DNA of 64,000 bases, from assembly GCA_951406725.2 (NCBI GenBank), contig OX597827.1, positions 28,334,001-28,398,000 of the forward strand, given 5' to 3'. This DNA is from Octopus vulgaris (lineage: Eukaryota). The translations under genes were made by a program, and so were the position numbers. Positions 27,438 through 41,890 of this stretch are shown piece after piece. The stretch's first letter is position 1, and each line of letters begins with the position of its first letter. The notes below the pieces were generated by a model, which saw only the letters and a program-made list of their open reading frames with translations, did no database searches and had not been told where the DNA came from.

Positions 27438-29355
27438 TTTTCTCTTTTTTCCCCGTCTGTCTTGATAGACAATGGGTCGCGCCAAGGGTGGGGCCTACTT
27501 TGATGATGAGCAGCGTCTGCTGAGACTGAACAGTCCAATTCTAGAGTGGCAGTCCCTGGTACAGTTGCTGCACACGAACATCGATGGGTACGTGTGGGGT
27601 GTTGCTGCAGTTGTCCTCCTCCTGTCCCGCCTGTCCGACCACAGCTGTGCTCTCCTTTCCTCAGCCATGGAAATGCCTTTCCTCACTGTCCGACGCCAGG
27701 CAGAGCGGTCAGCAGCTGTTACCTCCCACGTGTCCACACAGATGTTGGCAGTCCTCAGGTCGCGCTTGCACACATCCCTGTATCGTAGCTGTGGACGTCC
27801 CTTGGGTCGGGATCCCGTGGTGAGTTCGCTGTACAGGATGTCTTTAGGCATGCGACCGTCCTGCATGCGGCAGACGTGTCCGAACCAGCGCAGTCGTCTC
27901 CGCACGAGGAGGGCATGCATGCTTGGCATATTAGTCTGTTCTAGGATGACTCCGTTTGGTACTCGGTCCTTCCAGGAGATGCCAAGGATCCGTCGAAGAC
28001 ACCGCATGTGGAAGCCGCTGAGGCGGCATTCTTGCCGGGTGTATGTTGTCCAGCTCTCGCTGCCGTAGAGTAGGGTGCTCAGCACGCAGGCTCGGTACAC
28101 TGCGATCTTGGTGGTTATTGTGAGCATGTTGTTTTCCCACACTCTCCTGGAGAGCTTAGCCATGGCAGCAGCAGCCTTCCCAATCCGTCTGTTCATCTCC
28201 GGCTCGAGGGACAGGCTGCTGGAGACCGTCGATCCCAGGTAAGTGAACTCGTTCACCACCTGCAAGCTGTGGTCGCCGACACTGGTGCTGGGGACCCCTC
28301 CGACGTCCTGGCCCATGATCTCTGTCTTTTTAAGGCTGATGGTAAGGCCGAACTCTTGGCAGGCATCCGCCAGGGAGCTGACCAGCCTCTGGAGACCCGG
28401 CTGGTTATGTGATGTTTAGGGCGGCATCGTCAGCAAAGAGGATCTCTCTGATCAGCACCTGACGGACTTTGGTCTTAGCTCTGAGGCGCGCAAGATTGAA
28501 CAATCCACCATCAGCCCATCGGACGTTCTGAAGGCATAGGACAGGACAAGGGAGAAGAAAATTCCGAAGAGCGTCGGCGCCAGAACGCAACCCTGTTTCA
28601 CTCCACTCTGGATGGGGAACGACTCCGAGGGCGATCCGTCAAACTGCACTGTTCCCTGCATACCGTTGTGAAAGGAGGTGATGAGTTTCAGCAGTCTGGG
28701 AGGGCAACCAGGAGCGCAAACAGCCCCTCCCTGCTGACTGAGTCGAACGCCTTAGCTAGGTCGATGAAGGCCACGTATAGGGGCTGTCTCTGTTCTCGAC
28801 TCTTTTCTTGAAGCTGCCTGAGTGAGAAGATCATGTCGATTGTAGACCTCTCTGCCCTAAAGCCAGACTGAGACTCGGAGTACACACGCTCTGCAAGCAT
28901 TTGCAACCTCTTCAGGACCACCCTGGCAAATGCCTTGCCGACAGTGCTGAGCAGTGATATGCCCCTGTAATTATTACAGTCGCTTCTGTCCCCTTTGTTT
29001 TTATACAGTGTGATGATGTTTGCGTTACGCATATCCTTAGGGACAGAGCCCTCCTCCCAGCACTGACAGAGCAGCTCGTGGAGATGGCCCAGAAGGGCTG
29101 GCTTCCTGCACTGGATGACTTCTGCGGGGATGCCGTCTTGCCCTGGTGCCTTGCCCAGAGCGAGTGAGTCAATTGCTTTGCTTAGTTGTTCCTTTGTTGG
29201 AGGCAGGTCAAGCTCCTCCATGACAGGCAGAGCAGGAATGCCCGCGAGGGCAGACCTGGTGACCACATTCTCAGTGGAGTAGAGGTTCTGGTAATGCTCG
29301 ACCCACCTCTCCATCTGCTTCGCTTGGTCCTTGATGACCTCGCCATCCCTGGACT
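27438..29355 (-). mobile_element. 5'-truncated RTE (BovB-like) LINE, RT and C-terminus, frameshifted
   Basis: Motifs KAPGQDGIP, NYRGISLL, FIDLAKAFDSV, GVKQGCVLAP, LFADD, FTYLGS, LLYGSESW, RRLRWFGHV and [14 protein letters not shown]. Confidence 0.93.
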
Positions 29356-29894
29356 ACCGTATGATAACTAAATATTTAATAATATTATTGAGTCATTATT
29401 GTTTAAGATACGATGAATCTGCGGTCACATGATTATGTCCGACTTTTAAAAGATGGTATTTTGTGATCCGAGGGAACTTTGAAAATTGAGTAGAAACTCG
29501 GTTTTTGAACAACTTTGATTACGAATAAATCGTATTTATCTCCTGTCTTTCTCATATTCATTTAATACAGTAGTACCTCAGTTTACGAACGCCTCTGATC
29601 ACGAATACATCGTGCTTTATATATATATATATAATTATTATTTGAGGGAATAAAATCCAAACCTACAAGTAAAAAAATTCAATTTAGAAATACTAAATCA
29701 GGTTTCGCACAATATAATATATATATAAAAAATTAGAAAAAAAAAACACCTTTTATCAATTCAAAATGAACAATTAAATTACACCATCTAGAAAATTACA
29801 TATAATAGAAATATTAAAATTAAAATAACAATAACATGTTAATGATGAAGTAACTTGCAAAACATAATAATAAAAACGTATATAATAGGTAGAA

Positions 29895-29983
29895 TAACGA
29901 CATGTGTTTCGTGGCTATATTTCAGAAATGATTATAGTAGTAGAGAAATCACTTCGATATAAATATAGTCACTTCTCAGGTTA
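29895..29983 (-). ncRNA. Hammerhead motif with long stem II, degenerate core
   Basis: Minus strand reads TAAC-CTGAGAA-GTGACTATATTT...AAATATAGCCAC-GAAA-CACATG-TC-GTTA, with an inner hairpin GAAGTGATT/AATCATTTC. Confidence 0.65.
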
Positions 29984-30388
29984 AAAATAAACTAGAACAA
30001 TAAAATAATTAATTAATAAATAAATATATATATATGTGTGTAAATACTAAATGTACATAAGTGAAAAATAAAATAATACTTAAATTATTAAATACTTTAA
30101 AATTAAATAAAATACACAAAGCTAATACAAGTCATTAAATTGTAATCAAAATAAGAAATGGATCAAATATAGACAAACTCCTTAAATAAGCTAACCATAC
30201 AATATACATGTGTATTATCTATAGATTTAATATTACAATCTATAACAAAGTTGACTAAATATCAAATAATATAATACCTAATTAACTTAAAATTTAATAT
30301 TACAAATACATAAGCCACCTAATAATAAAATAATATATTGCCTGACGAAATTAATTCTTAAATTAAATTAAATGTAATACGATATATC

Positions 30389-30437
<49 letters not shown>

Positions 30438-31617
30438 TTAAAAAAAAGAAAGAAAAGAGAGAGATATAAGAATTAATATCTATTGTAACTTATATCTATC
30501 AATATATAAAAAGATATAATAGCGAGAATAATATGTTAATGGAAAGTAAGAAAACCTATTAACTTCAAAATTAAAGAAAGGTACAAAAATATTAGAACCA
30601 AAGATCAATACACTATAAAGATGTACAATCACAATCAGCCGTCCTCTACAAAACCAGTCAATAACAATAACAAATAACAACAACGATCAAACTCAAAATA
30701 ATAACCAGATCTAATATTGATAAACAAACTAAATTACTAAGTTCAACGATTATGGTAATCTATCTGTATTTTAGATGTTTTAGCGTCTAATTAATATACT
30801 CAATACTATTTTTATTAATTTTATTTGATTCATGAAGTCTAGATAATTCCCGTATTTCATAAATAAATTCCTTTTAGCCTTTTTCATTAATAGTTTTTAT
30901 TCTATTTTTCCACGCAACGTCTCCACGAGTTTTATTTCTTATAGACGCTAAGAACTATTCTTTACGTTTATAATCTAGCGATATCTTCTCAACTAACTTA
31001 GCAACGTTCTTTTCTCCTTTTCGTTTGGATTTTGTATTATTTTGGGATTAATGTTTTAATTTTGTTATTGATATATTAATAGGTGCCTGTTAGTTTTAGT
31101 TGGGTATCTTCATATTAGTTTTTCCATAAGTTGTGCTTTTTTCTCACATTTCTTTAGCTCATGAGGCTTTAATATTTTTCGTTTTTTCGTATTCTTCATT
31201 GATAAAAAAATTTTTCCACTTTCATTGAGTATTTATTCTATTTCGTTGCACTACGTCTCCACGCGATAAATTTTATAAACGCCTTAATTATTTTACTTTA
31301 AAAATCAGTTACTCTTTCACTTCGAAAAGCTATGTTTGACTTTTTATCGTTTCTCTATTTCATCTGAATTTTGAATCGTTGTGCGTTTGAAATTATTATT
31401 ATTGTTGATATAATTATTGTTGATGTATTATTATTATTATTATTTATTTATAGTTTCTTGATAGTATTTTTTACGTTCGATGTTGAATATGTTTTCCTTT
31501 AATTGTTTTAAAAGATTTTAACGTTTTACATATTTAATTTGAGAATTATATTGTTAAACTATATTTCTTTTAATAATTAGATAATATTTTCATTAAATAG
31601 TATTATTTTTAAATAAA

Positions 31618-31696
31618 GGCGCAGGAGTGGCTGTGTGGTAAGTAGCTTGTTTACCAGCCACATGGTTCCGGGTTCAGTCTCACGGCGTGGCACCTT
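31618..31696 (+). mobile_element. SINE-A head, uninterrupted (empty target site)
   Basis: GGCGCAGGAGTGGCTGTGTGGTAAGTAGCTTGTTTACCAGCCACATGGTTCCGGGTTCAGTC, with A and B boxes. Confidence 0.85.
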
Positions 31697-33039
31697 TATA
31701 TATATATAAAGCATGATCTCTGCGCGATTAGATTTGTTCGAAATCAGAGTTGCTACTATATTTATAGATGGCCGAGCTACCGCATAAGTATTCTCTCATT
31801 GTTTAAATTAATGCACATTGAGTAATCAAAAATGGCTGTTAATTAGGAGACTAAAATTTACAGTAGAAAATGGTAGATTGACTTATACACCAGACGACCT
31901 TGCAGAACCCAAACCCCTATGTGGCTTACACGTGGATTCTGAAAAATAGTAACGATGTTTGAATGATTCCGCTACATGCGGATCGCAATTGGTTCTGATT
32001 AATAAGTGAAAATATTATAGAATCAAATAATGAGTTTGTGGTGATTCTCAAAGTCGCAATTTCTGATAAATAATAAATAAAGGAACTATGTATCAGCGAG
32101 CGTCACTTAGTTTAACTTTATTGATATATTACAAGATTTGTTATCGTATACTACATGATATTTTAGGATATACCACACCGAAAGGGATTACCGGTTGTTT
32201 GAATAAAAAGAAAAATTATAGCATTTGTGGATCGGTGGAAAGTTCACGTTGAATATTTGTGGACTTGTGCCGAAGTCAGAAGTTCAGTTCTTAGAAATGT
32301 TTGCATTGATGATATTCAACTGCTCGACTTGCTGGTATGATTTACAAAGATCAGGCTATACCCTGTAATAATAAAGAATAGCAGACACAAAGACGAGATG
32401 AAATATAATGATAATATTCTGTCTCCCACTAAGAAGAACCCAGTCCCCGCGTTCTTCTCCTACAAGTATTAAATTTACCAGAACAAAAAAGTCTAAACTT
32501 ATTTATTCTAAATAAGCAATTTCAAATCAATCATCGTTATACGAAATAACTTAAAATTAAGCAACACCTGTCACCACAATGAACAATCTAATCACAACTA
32601 ATCCAGCTAAAACAGCTGAGATAACTTCCTCATGCTGTGATAACAATTAATGCACACTGAATCAGTAGTACAGTGCTGAAGCACTTATTTATGGAGCAGA
32701 CACCTACTCTTCCGATTCCAAAGATTATGTTGGTATGATGGGAAATAGATACATAGAAAGATATTTCAACTTTTACTTTTTGCTAGAATATATTATGGGC
32801 ATTACAGGAAAACAGTACTGTTTATGACAAAAATTGAAGATCTTTGAAAAATATAAACCATAGAGAAATTGATCTATATGTTGATTATGGTGGGCAAGGA
32901 AAAATCTCATTGCCCTCAACAGATCTGTTAGCTGCTTAAATTTCAGTTCGAGATTTTCTGATAAGTATAGATATTTCGCGAAATATTTACTAAAACTTTG
33001 CAAATATTTTTTTTCTACACTAGGATCTCAAGCCCCAAA

Positions 33040-33578
33040 TTTTAATCAGTCCCGAAAATGCTGTCAGTGCAGGTAATGATCTTGACGTGCCGTTGTAACC
33101 CTCAGTCGGCACAATCATCTGTGCTGTTTGTGGCATTGTATCATTCCCTCAGCCACTCAATTGTCCGAATCCTGCAGTTCAATTCATTAGTAATGACCCA
33201 CGGACGTTGATCAGTATGGCGACGTCCGATGGCTTCTTCTCTCTGATTTCATGTCAGTCTTGGCATGCTTGCTGCATTCGGGAAACGAACGACAGGCTGG
33301 CATATCTGGATGCCCTTTATACCCAACGAGTCAACGTTTTAACTCCGCATCATGCCTTTCATAAAGATGCATTTGCGAGCATTACCATGTTCACGAAAAG
33401 TGAGCGAGTTCGAACCCTACATGCAACCGTTGGGTTTTCAGAAGAGATCGAGGTGTGGGTCAGTGATATCTTCCTGATATCAAACTGCCTAGAAATGTGA
33501 TAAAATCCATACAGTCACAATATCGTTTGTGAAACAAATAATCTTTTACAGTACGACGTTTCTTTTGTGGTTCAGTAC
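33040..33578 (-). mobile_element. Tc1-family transposon 5' relic (TIR, TATA-like box, decayed HTH N-terminus from ATG 33266)
   Basis: Minus strand translates MPRLT*NQREEAIGR...NELNCRIRTIEWLRE*YNAT...VTTARQDHYL. GGGTATAAAGG lies upstream and a TIR-like ACTGAACCACAAAAGAAACG borders (TA)n. Confidence 0.6.
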
Positions 33579-33626
<48 letters not shown>

Positions 33627-35499
33627 CAAACATACACACACAACAGAGTTTGGGCATGTGAGCATGTGTGTAAACTCTGGCCAATTCAAGTTGTACGTTA
33701 TGCTAAGTTAGAAAGTGTACTTGACAGCAATAAACTTAATTAAAATAGAATTAAGAGAAGGTAATAACCAAACTATAATTTTAAATATATTTCTCACTCA
33801 GATTTTGGAATGGCAACAAAGCAGAGATGATACCATAGATGTAATCTCAAATTACATAACAAGAGAGGAGTAAATTAACTTTCTGATTCTGCAGACAAGA
33901 TCTTCATTAAATTATTTTAACCGCCTGAAATGTGAATAGCTTGCGGGCATTTTTGTCTTTTTGTTGTTTTTCGTTTTTATTTTTCTTATGGTTTTCTTTG
34001 TTCAGTTTCTTATTTATTCTTGAAGTTACAGCTTCGGTTGGTTTTGAAGGCATCTCTTAGTTATTTCTGGACAATTTTCCAGCGAAATATCAGATCGTCT
34101 GTAAACAGCACTACAAATTACATGATAGACTTTATTATTTCAATTTGAAACCTTATTACTTGTGATTGCTTTTCGTTGCCAGTCTCTGCTTTTGACCAAA
34201 AGTACTGTCGTCCATACTATTTCTCTCTTATTCGTATGAAAGCGATGGAAAGAGAAAAAGATGAGGTGTAGTGACGAGGAGAAATGGATGGAGAGAGAGA
34301 GTCAAAGAGAGAGAGGGGGAGAAAGAGTGCAAGGCCAACGCTCTCAATAATCGTCTCTTCTCTGTATCTCTTGTGATATATTCTGCCTGCGGTACCAATA
34401 TTATATCATGTTAAGCGGGAGCGGATTAATTGCAAAGGGACCAAGAAGGCTATCGTCTATAATGCCGGCTATTATTTATCTTCCAAGTAAAGCATTGCTA
34501 TTGGGTTGGTTCGGTCGACATGTATCTCAGTTGACACACAGATAATGAGCCGCTAATGAAATGTAGTGCCAAGTCTCTCATTAGCTCAGTTGTCATTGGT
34601 TTAGAGAGACGAGAACATTACAAGCACACCATAGACATTTCTCAAATCCTATGAAAGAAATTGCAGTCATTCTGCTTTTATTTATTTATTTATTTATTCC
34701 TTATAATTATGGCCAGTGAGATATGATTGATAAGAGTTCTACTAGAGATTGGAAGGAATTGGCGAAATTATAAGGTATTAGTTAACGTAGCTTGTTCTAA
34801 TAAGTGGAAATTGAAAGGCCAATATTGGCAAGAAATATTTGTTTACTGGGAACGACTGTCCACTCGTAGAGGTTTCTGTAAAGATACATTATACACGCTA
34901 ATTGTACTTACACCGGGAGACTTAGTACATAAGGTCGCTCAACGTGCAAGAAACAGCAGGTATATGTCTCTCCTATTAGGTTGTACAGTATTAGGCTAAA
35001 ACAACAGGACATGAGATAATGTGATATTAGGTGTGCAGTTTCTAAGGGGAAAAAGATGAGATGTTCATCGTTAAGTCTTTGACCGTATGTGTTCTCAATG
35101 AGGTAGGCCTTGGGAGTGAACAACGACAGCATTAAGAACAACGCTAATAAGACCGATAAGTCTAGATCTTTGCTCACCGACTGATGTATGAGAAATATAT
35201 TAGTTGAGGCCAGAAAAGTTAATGAAGGGAAAGCTTACTTGAAATGTCGAAGGATCTTAACAGGATGACTGTTGTTCTTCCTGAAACGGTTAAAATCGCA
35301 AAGATACGCCATTCTGAGTTCACAACCTTCTTCCGTTTATGTGGAGAGTCTTGATACACACCCATGCGTTTATCTTATGAACATCTTCAACAAAATAACA
35401 GGCACTCTATCACGTATTGTATGTACTTATACACACGCAAACACGTACAAATACACAGACACACACACACATAGTGAGAATGAGAAAGATATACATGTA

Positions 35500-36052
35500 C
35501 ATATGTATATATAGTTATATATATATGTGCGTGTATGTATATATACATAAATAGATAAGTATATAGCAAAATACACAATCGCATATATATATATATCTAC
35601 ATACACACACACACATACATACACACACACATATATATATATACACACCTATATGGATGGGTGCATACATGCATACAGACAGACAGACAAACAAACAAAC
35701 ATATACACATACACATATACACACATATATATACACATATACACATATATATAAATGCACATATACACATATATATATATGCACATATACATATATATAT
35801 ATACACATATACACACATATATATATACACATATACACATACATATATACATACATACATATATACATATGCAGACATTATATATATACATATATACATA
35901 TATACATATGCAGACATTATATATATACATATATAGCCATATATACATATATATACATATATACATTCAAATATACATGTATATATATACATACATACAT
36001 ACATACATACATACAAATATACATGAGTGTATATATACTTTGATACTTTGAT

Positions 36053-36099
<47 letters not shown>

Positions 36100-36100
36100 G
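35500..36100. repeat. Compound (TA)/(CA)/(TACA) microsatellite
   Basis: Direct arrays. Confidence 0.95.
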
Positions 36101-37261
36101 CATGCCAGTGGGTGTACTCACAGACACTCACACACACAACATACATGGATGAATGCAATTACTTCACTTAAAATATGTTCTGTACAATTTACGAATGCAT
36201 GTCTGCTCAGACGCCACCGCAGTGAATGCCACAGAAACTGAAATGAAATAATTTAAATTGAATGGTAAATCACATTTTATTTCAGATATTTTAAATCTCC
36301 AAGAGCGAGGACACTAATTGTATAATTTCTATGCAAACTATAAACATTTAAAGGGTTTAGACTCTACTGGCAAATATCAAATATAAACGCTGGTCTATAA
36401 TTTTCTATTTCAATCTAGAAAGTTTCTCAGCGTTCAACTCGTTTTTCTCACCAACATTTCTGCCACTCACACGAAACTGTTTGTGGTAACGTTGTTATTG
36501 TGAACAACACAAATAAACACATAGACACACTTATAAATACATATACATGTACACGAATACGCATAAACAAACACGAATATAACACACATATATGTACTGT
36601 ACATAGGGAAATGCATATCATACGGGCAAAACATATACTCACACACACACGTATGCACACATACACAGACGTATACACTGGTATTCGCATATATAAAACG
36701 ATCGGACTTAATAACCACAAGCTATTTTGTTTTGTACGTTGATGTCTGCTTCACTCAGCGTTAGTAAAAAATATACACACAGAAAGGATCTTGTAAATAT
36801 GTATATATATATATGTGTGTGTGTAATACACACACACACACACACACATATATATATGCATATATGCACGTATTCACATATGTAGGTGAGTATGTCTGTG
36901 CATGTGTACGCGCGAGTATGCATGTCGGTATATATTGATAGCGTCTGCATGTGTGTTTGCGTCTGCGTATGAACGCGTGTGTGAATCGATAGTGAACTAA
37001 GCATTTTTTTAGTGAATTTATTATTTCTTTTGTGTAATTTTTCTCTTTTTTTCATTATTTTGAAAATATGTTTAGGTAAACATTTTAACCCCGTCATCAC
37101 TGTGAATGCAGACAAGATGGATAAATTACTGTCTTTTATCTACCAGTGGGCTGAAAATGTGAAATCGTTCTCACCATTCCTTAGTTTTTGCAGATATGTA
37201 TCATGGAATGCACACCAACATCTCGTCTTTAGATTACATTAAAGTACAATATTAATTACCT

Positions 37262-37427
37262 TGTGCGGCTGGGAGACAAGTAGATTTCTTCTCAGTCACA
37301 GGGTCCTGGGTTGAGTCCCGCTGCGTGGCATCTTGGGCAAGCGTGCTAGTGTCTTCAACTCTAGCCTCGGGCCGAGTAAAGCCTTGTGAATGGGTTTGGT
37401 AGATGGAAACTGAGAGAAGCTTGTCGA

Positions 37428-37428
<1 letters not shown>
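37262..37428 (+). mobile_element. SINE-A 5' part, diverged
   Basis: GGGTTGAGTCCCGCTGCGTGGCATCTTGGGCAAG...GGAAACTGAGAGAAGC. Confidence 0.75.
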
Positions 37429-37458
<30 letters not shown>

Positions 37459-38104
37459 TGCACTTACATGTGATACTTATGAGAAATAGAGGTAGACGTA
37501 TAAAAATAACTAAATAAATCTATATAAAGGGCATGGGCACATACAACATACGAAGCGAACACATACACACACCCAAACATACACAGAAGAATTTCACGGA
37601 CGGCCACAACAATGTCAACAACACGATTAACAACGACAGCAGCAGCGGCGGTGACAACGATGGAAATAACAACAGCAACAACTACCACAATGGCAACACC
37701 GTGGGCGAACATACATACACAGAAGAATACAGGAACTCTACCATATTTTTCGGGTCTTAGGACAGCAAAGGAGAAGGCCACACTGCTGCTAAAAGCTATG
37801 ACACACATACACAAGCATACACAAACACATACACACATATGCACACACACAAACAAGGACACAAATGCAAGCGCACATAAGGATAAACACATAAGGATAA
37901 ACAGAATGGAGTAAGTGGTGCAAGAACACACACGAAACGAAAAGTGTCGTTAAAGGGGTCACAGGTGTGTGATGAAAGATTTCCAGACAATGGACATGAA
38001 ATAAAATGGTAAAATAAAAGGAGTAATAAACGAGTGAAGAAAAAATATATAGTGCATGTGTTCATTTGGCAAAAAATAAATGACCATCCCGAAATACAAC
38101 AATA

Positions 38105-38141
<37 letters not shown>

Positions 38142-38143
<2 letters not shown>

Positions 38144-41100
38144 CAATCCCTTCACACTTACAATTTCTATTAAAAAACCGCATTACCCACATATGGAATG
38201 AGAAACTTAAAGCCAGAAAATTTACTTTCTGGAATACGATTAAAAACAATCACAAGGTAGAAATCTACGAACGCTAGCTAAATTCTACATCAATAATTTT
38301 GCCTTGTAAATTCCAAATTAAGCGTATTCCAAACGAGGAGGATCAACAAAGACAATTAAGAGAGAAACTTACACTGGAAAAAATGAAGACAGAAATAGAA
38401 CTCCTTAATCTTAGAGCACTAAGCAATGAACAAAAAGTTAAAAAAATAGATGAAGAGATTTACAACGAATTAAAGAAACTTACGGACGGTCCCCGCTTGG
38501 AAAATGTTTTTAAACTATGGAAAACAACTTGCGTGGATGAAGAAATTAACTCCTTACAACGCTGGGATAAACAAGCCAATTTCGTTAATAACTACGAAAC
38601 TCAGTTTAACATAGAAAACGCATCGGATAACCCCTTCCTGAAGAAATATAAACCAAAAACAGACACAGAAATTACCCCACGTGTATTAAACACAAACCAC
38701 AGACGGTCTAGGGGACGCAACTCGACCTTCTTTAACTCTCTTACTCCACCAAATAACTATCAAACAACTATCGATAATTCAACCCACAGGAGGAAATCTA
38801 GACTTAATCTTCAAGGTATCCCACATACAAACCAAAGATTTCATCGAAACCTCCAGACAAACCTAAGTGTTGGTGAACCAATGCCTACCAGGAAGAACTT
38901 TATCCCCAACACAACCACTTCAAGCAGTCAACGAGACAAAACATGACTAGACGACATAACCTCTCCCTCCAACCATATCACAATATTAAAAATCAATCAA
39001 ACCCAAACTACATTAGCCACAGACGATATAACAACCCTCAGTACAACCATAATCCAGTACACTACACAACCACTCCACCACAAACATACTACCATAGACC
39101 CACCTTTTCCTCAGCAAACCAAACAAAATACAGACCTTCCACTACAATCCACATACTACAACCATTTTTTAGACGCAAACTAGAGAAACAGAGATGTGAA
39201 ATGGAAACAAATAAACAAGTCCAACCGAAAATAATCAACCTGTCAAAGATAATCCTGAGTTCTATAGAAATCAAAATCCTAACAAGAGGTTTAAAATTTA
39301 CCCCTACCCTCCGCAGATCGGACCCAAATGAAATCAAGGACAATACTTTGGACTTCTGCCGAAAATTACGCCTCACAGAAGCTCCTTACAACTACACCAG
39401 AGAAGATGATTCAATAGTGAAAAACAAAAGTGAGTACCATCCTACAAAAGGTAGAAATAAAGCACTTGATGTTTTCTGTGATCACATAACTTGTTTTACT
39501 CATAATACCATTCCAAAACAACATATCAAATCCAACCTTAATTTAAATGAATGGAAAGACCTTGTCGAGCTAAAAAATGACATAAACCTCACTATTAAAG
39601 AAGCCGACAAAGGAAGTGCGGTAGTATTGATGGATACAGAGTACTACAAAAATTTAATACTTTCCATGTTGGAAAATAATACTTACTATGAGAAACTAAC
39701 ATATCACAACCCACAGAAAACACTGAAAAACTTATCCTCCTTACTCCAAATTCATGGAAAGGGTCTTACAACACATGAAATAGACTTCTTATCCAATTTC
39801 AAATACAGTCTCTGTCTATTCTACGGATTACCCAAAATACATAAAAATCCACTCATTCGTGAAGCCTGCAAAGTCTCTACAAGCCTATGCATTAATGCCC
39901 CTCCCCCTACTAACCTCAAACTGAGACACATCATAGCTGGCCCTTCTTGTGAAACCCACCGTTTGAGCAACTTCCTCGACATATCACTCAAACCTCTTTT
40001 AAAATATGTGAAACGCTTTATCAGGGATGACCTAGACATGCTGAACCACCTCCCAAAGACAGTAAAGGAAGGAAGACTACTGGTATCTTTCGATGTGGTG
40101 AATCTATACACCAACATCCCACACGACTATGGTGTAGAAGCAATCACATTTTGGCTTGAAAAATACCCAGAAGAGATCCCAGGACGAATTAACCACAATT
40201 TTATAATTGAAGCACTGAAATTCGTCCTGCTGAACAATCATTTCTTGTTCGATACTACGTACTATCGACAAAAATGCGGAATTGCAATGGGAACCAGAGC
40301 TGCTCCAGTGATTGCAAACCTCGTAATGGGTTACCACAAACTCAAGTTATACCAATCATCACTAGAAAAATATGGCGCCTCTTTTAATTGCTACTTAAAG
40401 GAGAACTGGAAGAGATATTTAGATGATTGCTTCATACTTTGGAAAGACAGCATGGATCAACTCCTTGATTTCAAAAGAATGCTCAACAACATACACAGCA
40501 ATATACAATTCACTATGGAACACAACAGTAAGCAACTCCCTTTTCTAGACATCTTAATTAGAATAGTTAACAACCACATAGAAACAGACATCTTTTATAA
40601 GCCCACAGATTCTAAACAATACCTATTATTTAACTCCTGCCACCCTAAACACATAAAAACCAACATACCCTTTAACCTAGCGAAAAGAATCTGCACCATA
40701 GTTTCCGATACATACACTCGAGAACATAGACTCCTTGAACTTAGATCTACACTAACTAAAAGACATTACCCAATTTGAAGGCATAAAAGGAGCTAAGGAA
40801 ATAGATATACAAATGTTAAGGAAAACTAGCCGAAATACTAAACAAGACTTAAAAATACTCCCGTACATTTCCACACATAACCCTAGAAACAACGAAGCCT
40901 TCAACATCATCACCCAAAATCTCCCCATCCTCACAGCAGACAACACAATGAACGAAATTTTAGCTCATATAAAATTATAAAAAGCAAAAAGCAACCGAAG
41001 TCACCGAAAAAAATATTAACCAGCGCTAGACTGTATCCACTAACCACAGAGCCAAAAGTGACAAAATGTGGACGTCGTAACTGTGGAACATGCCCCCACC

Positions 41101-41849
41101 TTCTGGAGAGTTCAAAATTCAAATTCAATCAAGGAGAAATATTTAAGATCAAATCAAATTTCACCTGAGCCTCAGTAAATGTAATCTATGTCATAACATG
41201 CATAGGATGTGGTAAACTCTATATTGGGCAAACAGGAATTTCGCTCCGTCAAAGAATCACTATTCACAAATCCGTCACCCACAATACAGGCAGTTAAAGG
41301 TGAGTGAACACATAGAAAGATGTGCCAGGAATCTTAATCCCAATTTCCAAATATTTCCCTTTTACCAATGTTCACAGAACACCACAATGCAATAAAGGTT
41401 GAATAAAGAGGCATTTTTCATCAATAAATTTCTTCCCCAACTAAATATGAACACACAACTCAATACAGAACACCACTAACCTCTATACACTTCCTACATC
41501 ACTCACATCTCTAAATCCAGAACTACTTATCTCCCTTACAAATAATCTTTTTTCTCGGGAACTATTAGATCTGACACCGTGTATTAGCCGGTGTTTTTCA
41601 AGCGATGAACAGCCTTGCGTAAACCATGGTTCGCTTTGTTATCTTACTTTATTATCATCTTATAATCATCTCATAATAATGACTTTTATGACTCTTATTA
41701 CTACCTCAGTCAATCTAAATGTATATATTTGTGGCTAACTGTCATAAATAGCCTTTTTTTATTTGCAATGTGCATATTCGTTGATTTTTCATATTTTACT
41801 CTTACATTTCCACGTGTATTTTATATTTTCTTTTTGTAACATATTTCTA

Positions 41850-41851
<2 letters not shown>
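38142..41851 (+). mobile_element. Penelope-like element, Neptune type (RT, Cys-rich linker, C-terminal GIY-YIG), 5'-truncated and frameshifted, between (TA)n tracts
   Basis: RT motifs ADKGSAVV, YGLPKIHK, SFDVVNLYTNIP, GIAMGT, RYLDD, LPFLD and YKPTD. After 41060: CGRRNCGTC...NVIYVITCIGCGKLYIGQT. Confidence 0.92.

Positions 41852-41890
<39 letters not shown>

Larger units (their letters stand above)
29568..31758. mobile_element. Pogo/Tigger-type fold-back MITE (arms 29568-29630 and 31697-31758) interrupted by ~2 kb of nested insertions
   Basis: Left arm TA|CAGTAGTACCTCAGTTTACGAAC...GTGCTTTATATA is an imperfect inverted match to the right arm TATATAAAGCATG...GTTCGAAATCAGAGTTGCTACTA|TA. Confidence 0.6.

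Noticed and set aside
31618-31696. tRNA gene
   Set aside because: It has A and B boxes but continues into SINE body sequence, with no complete cloverleaf.
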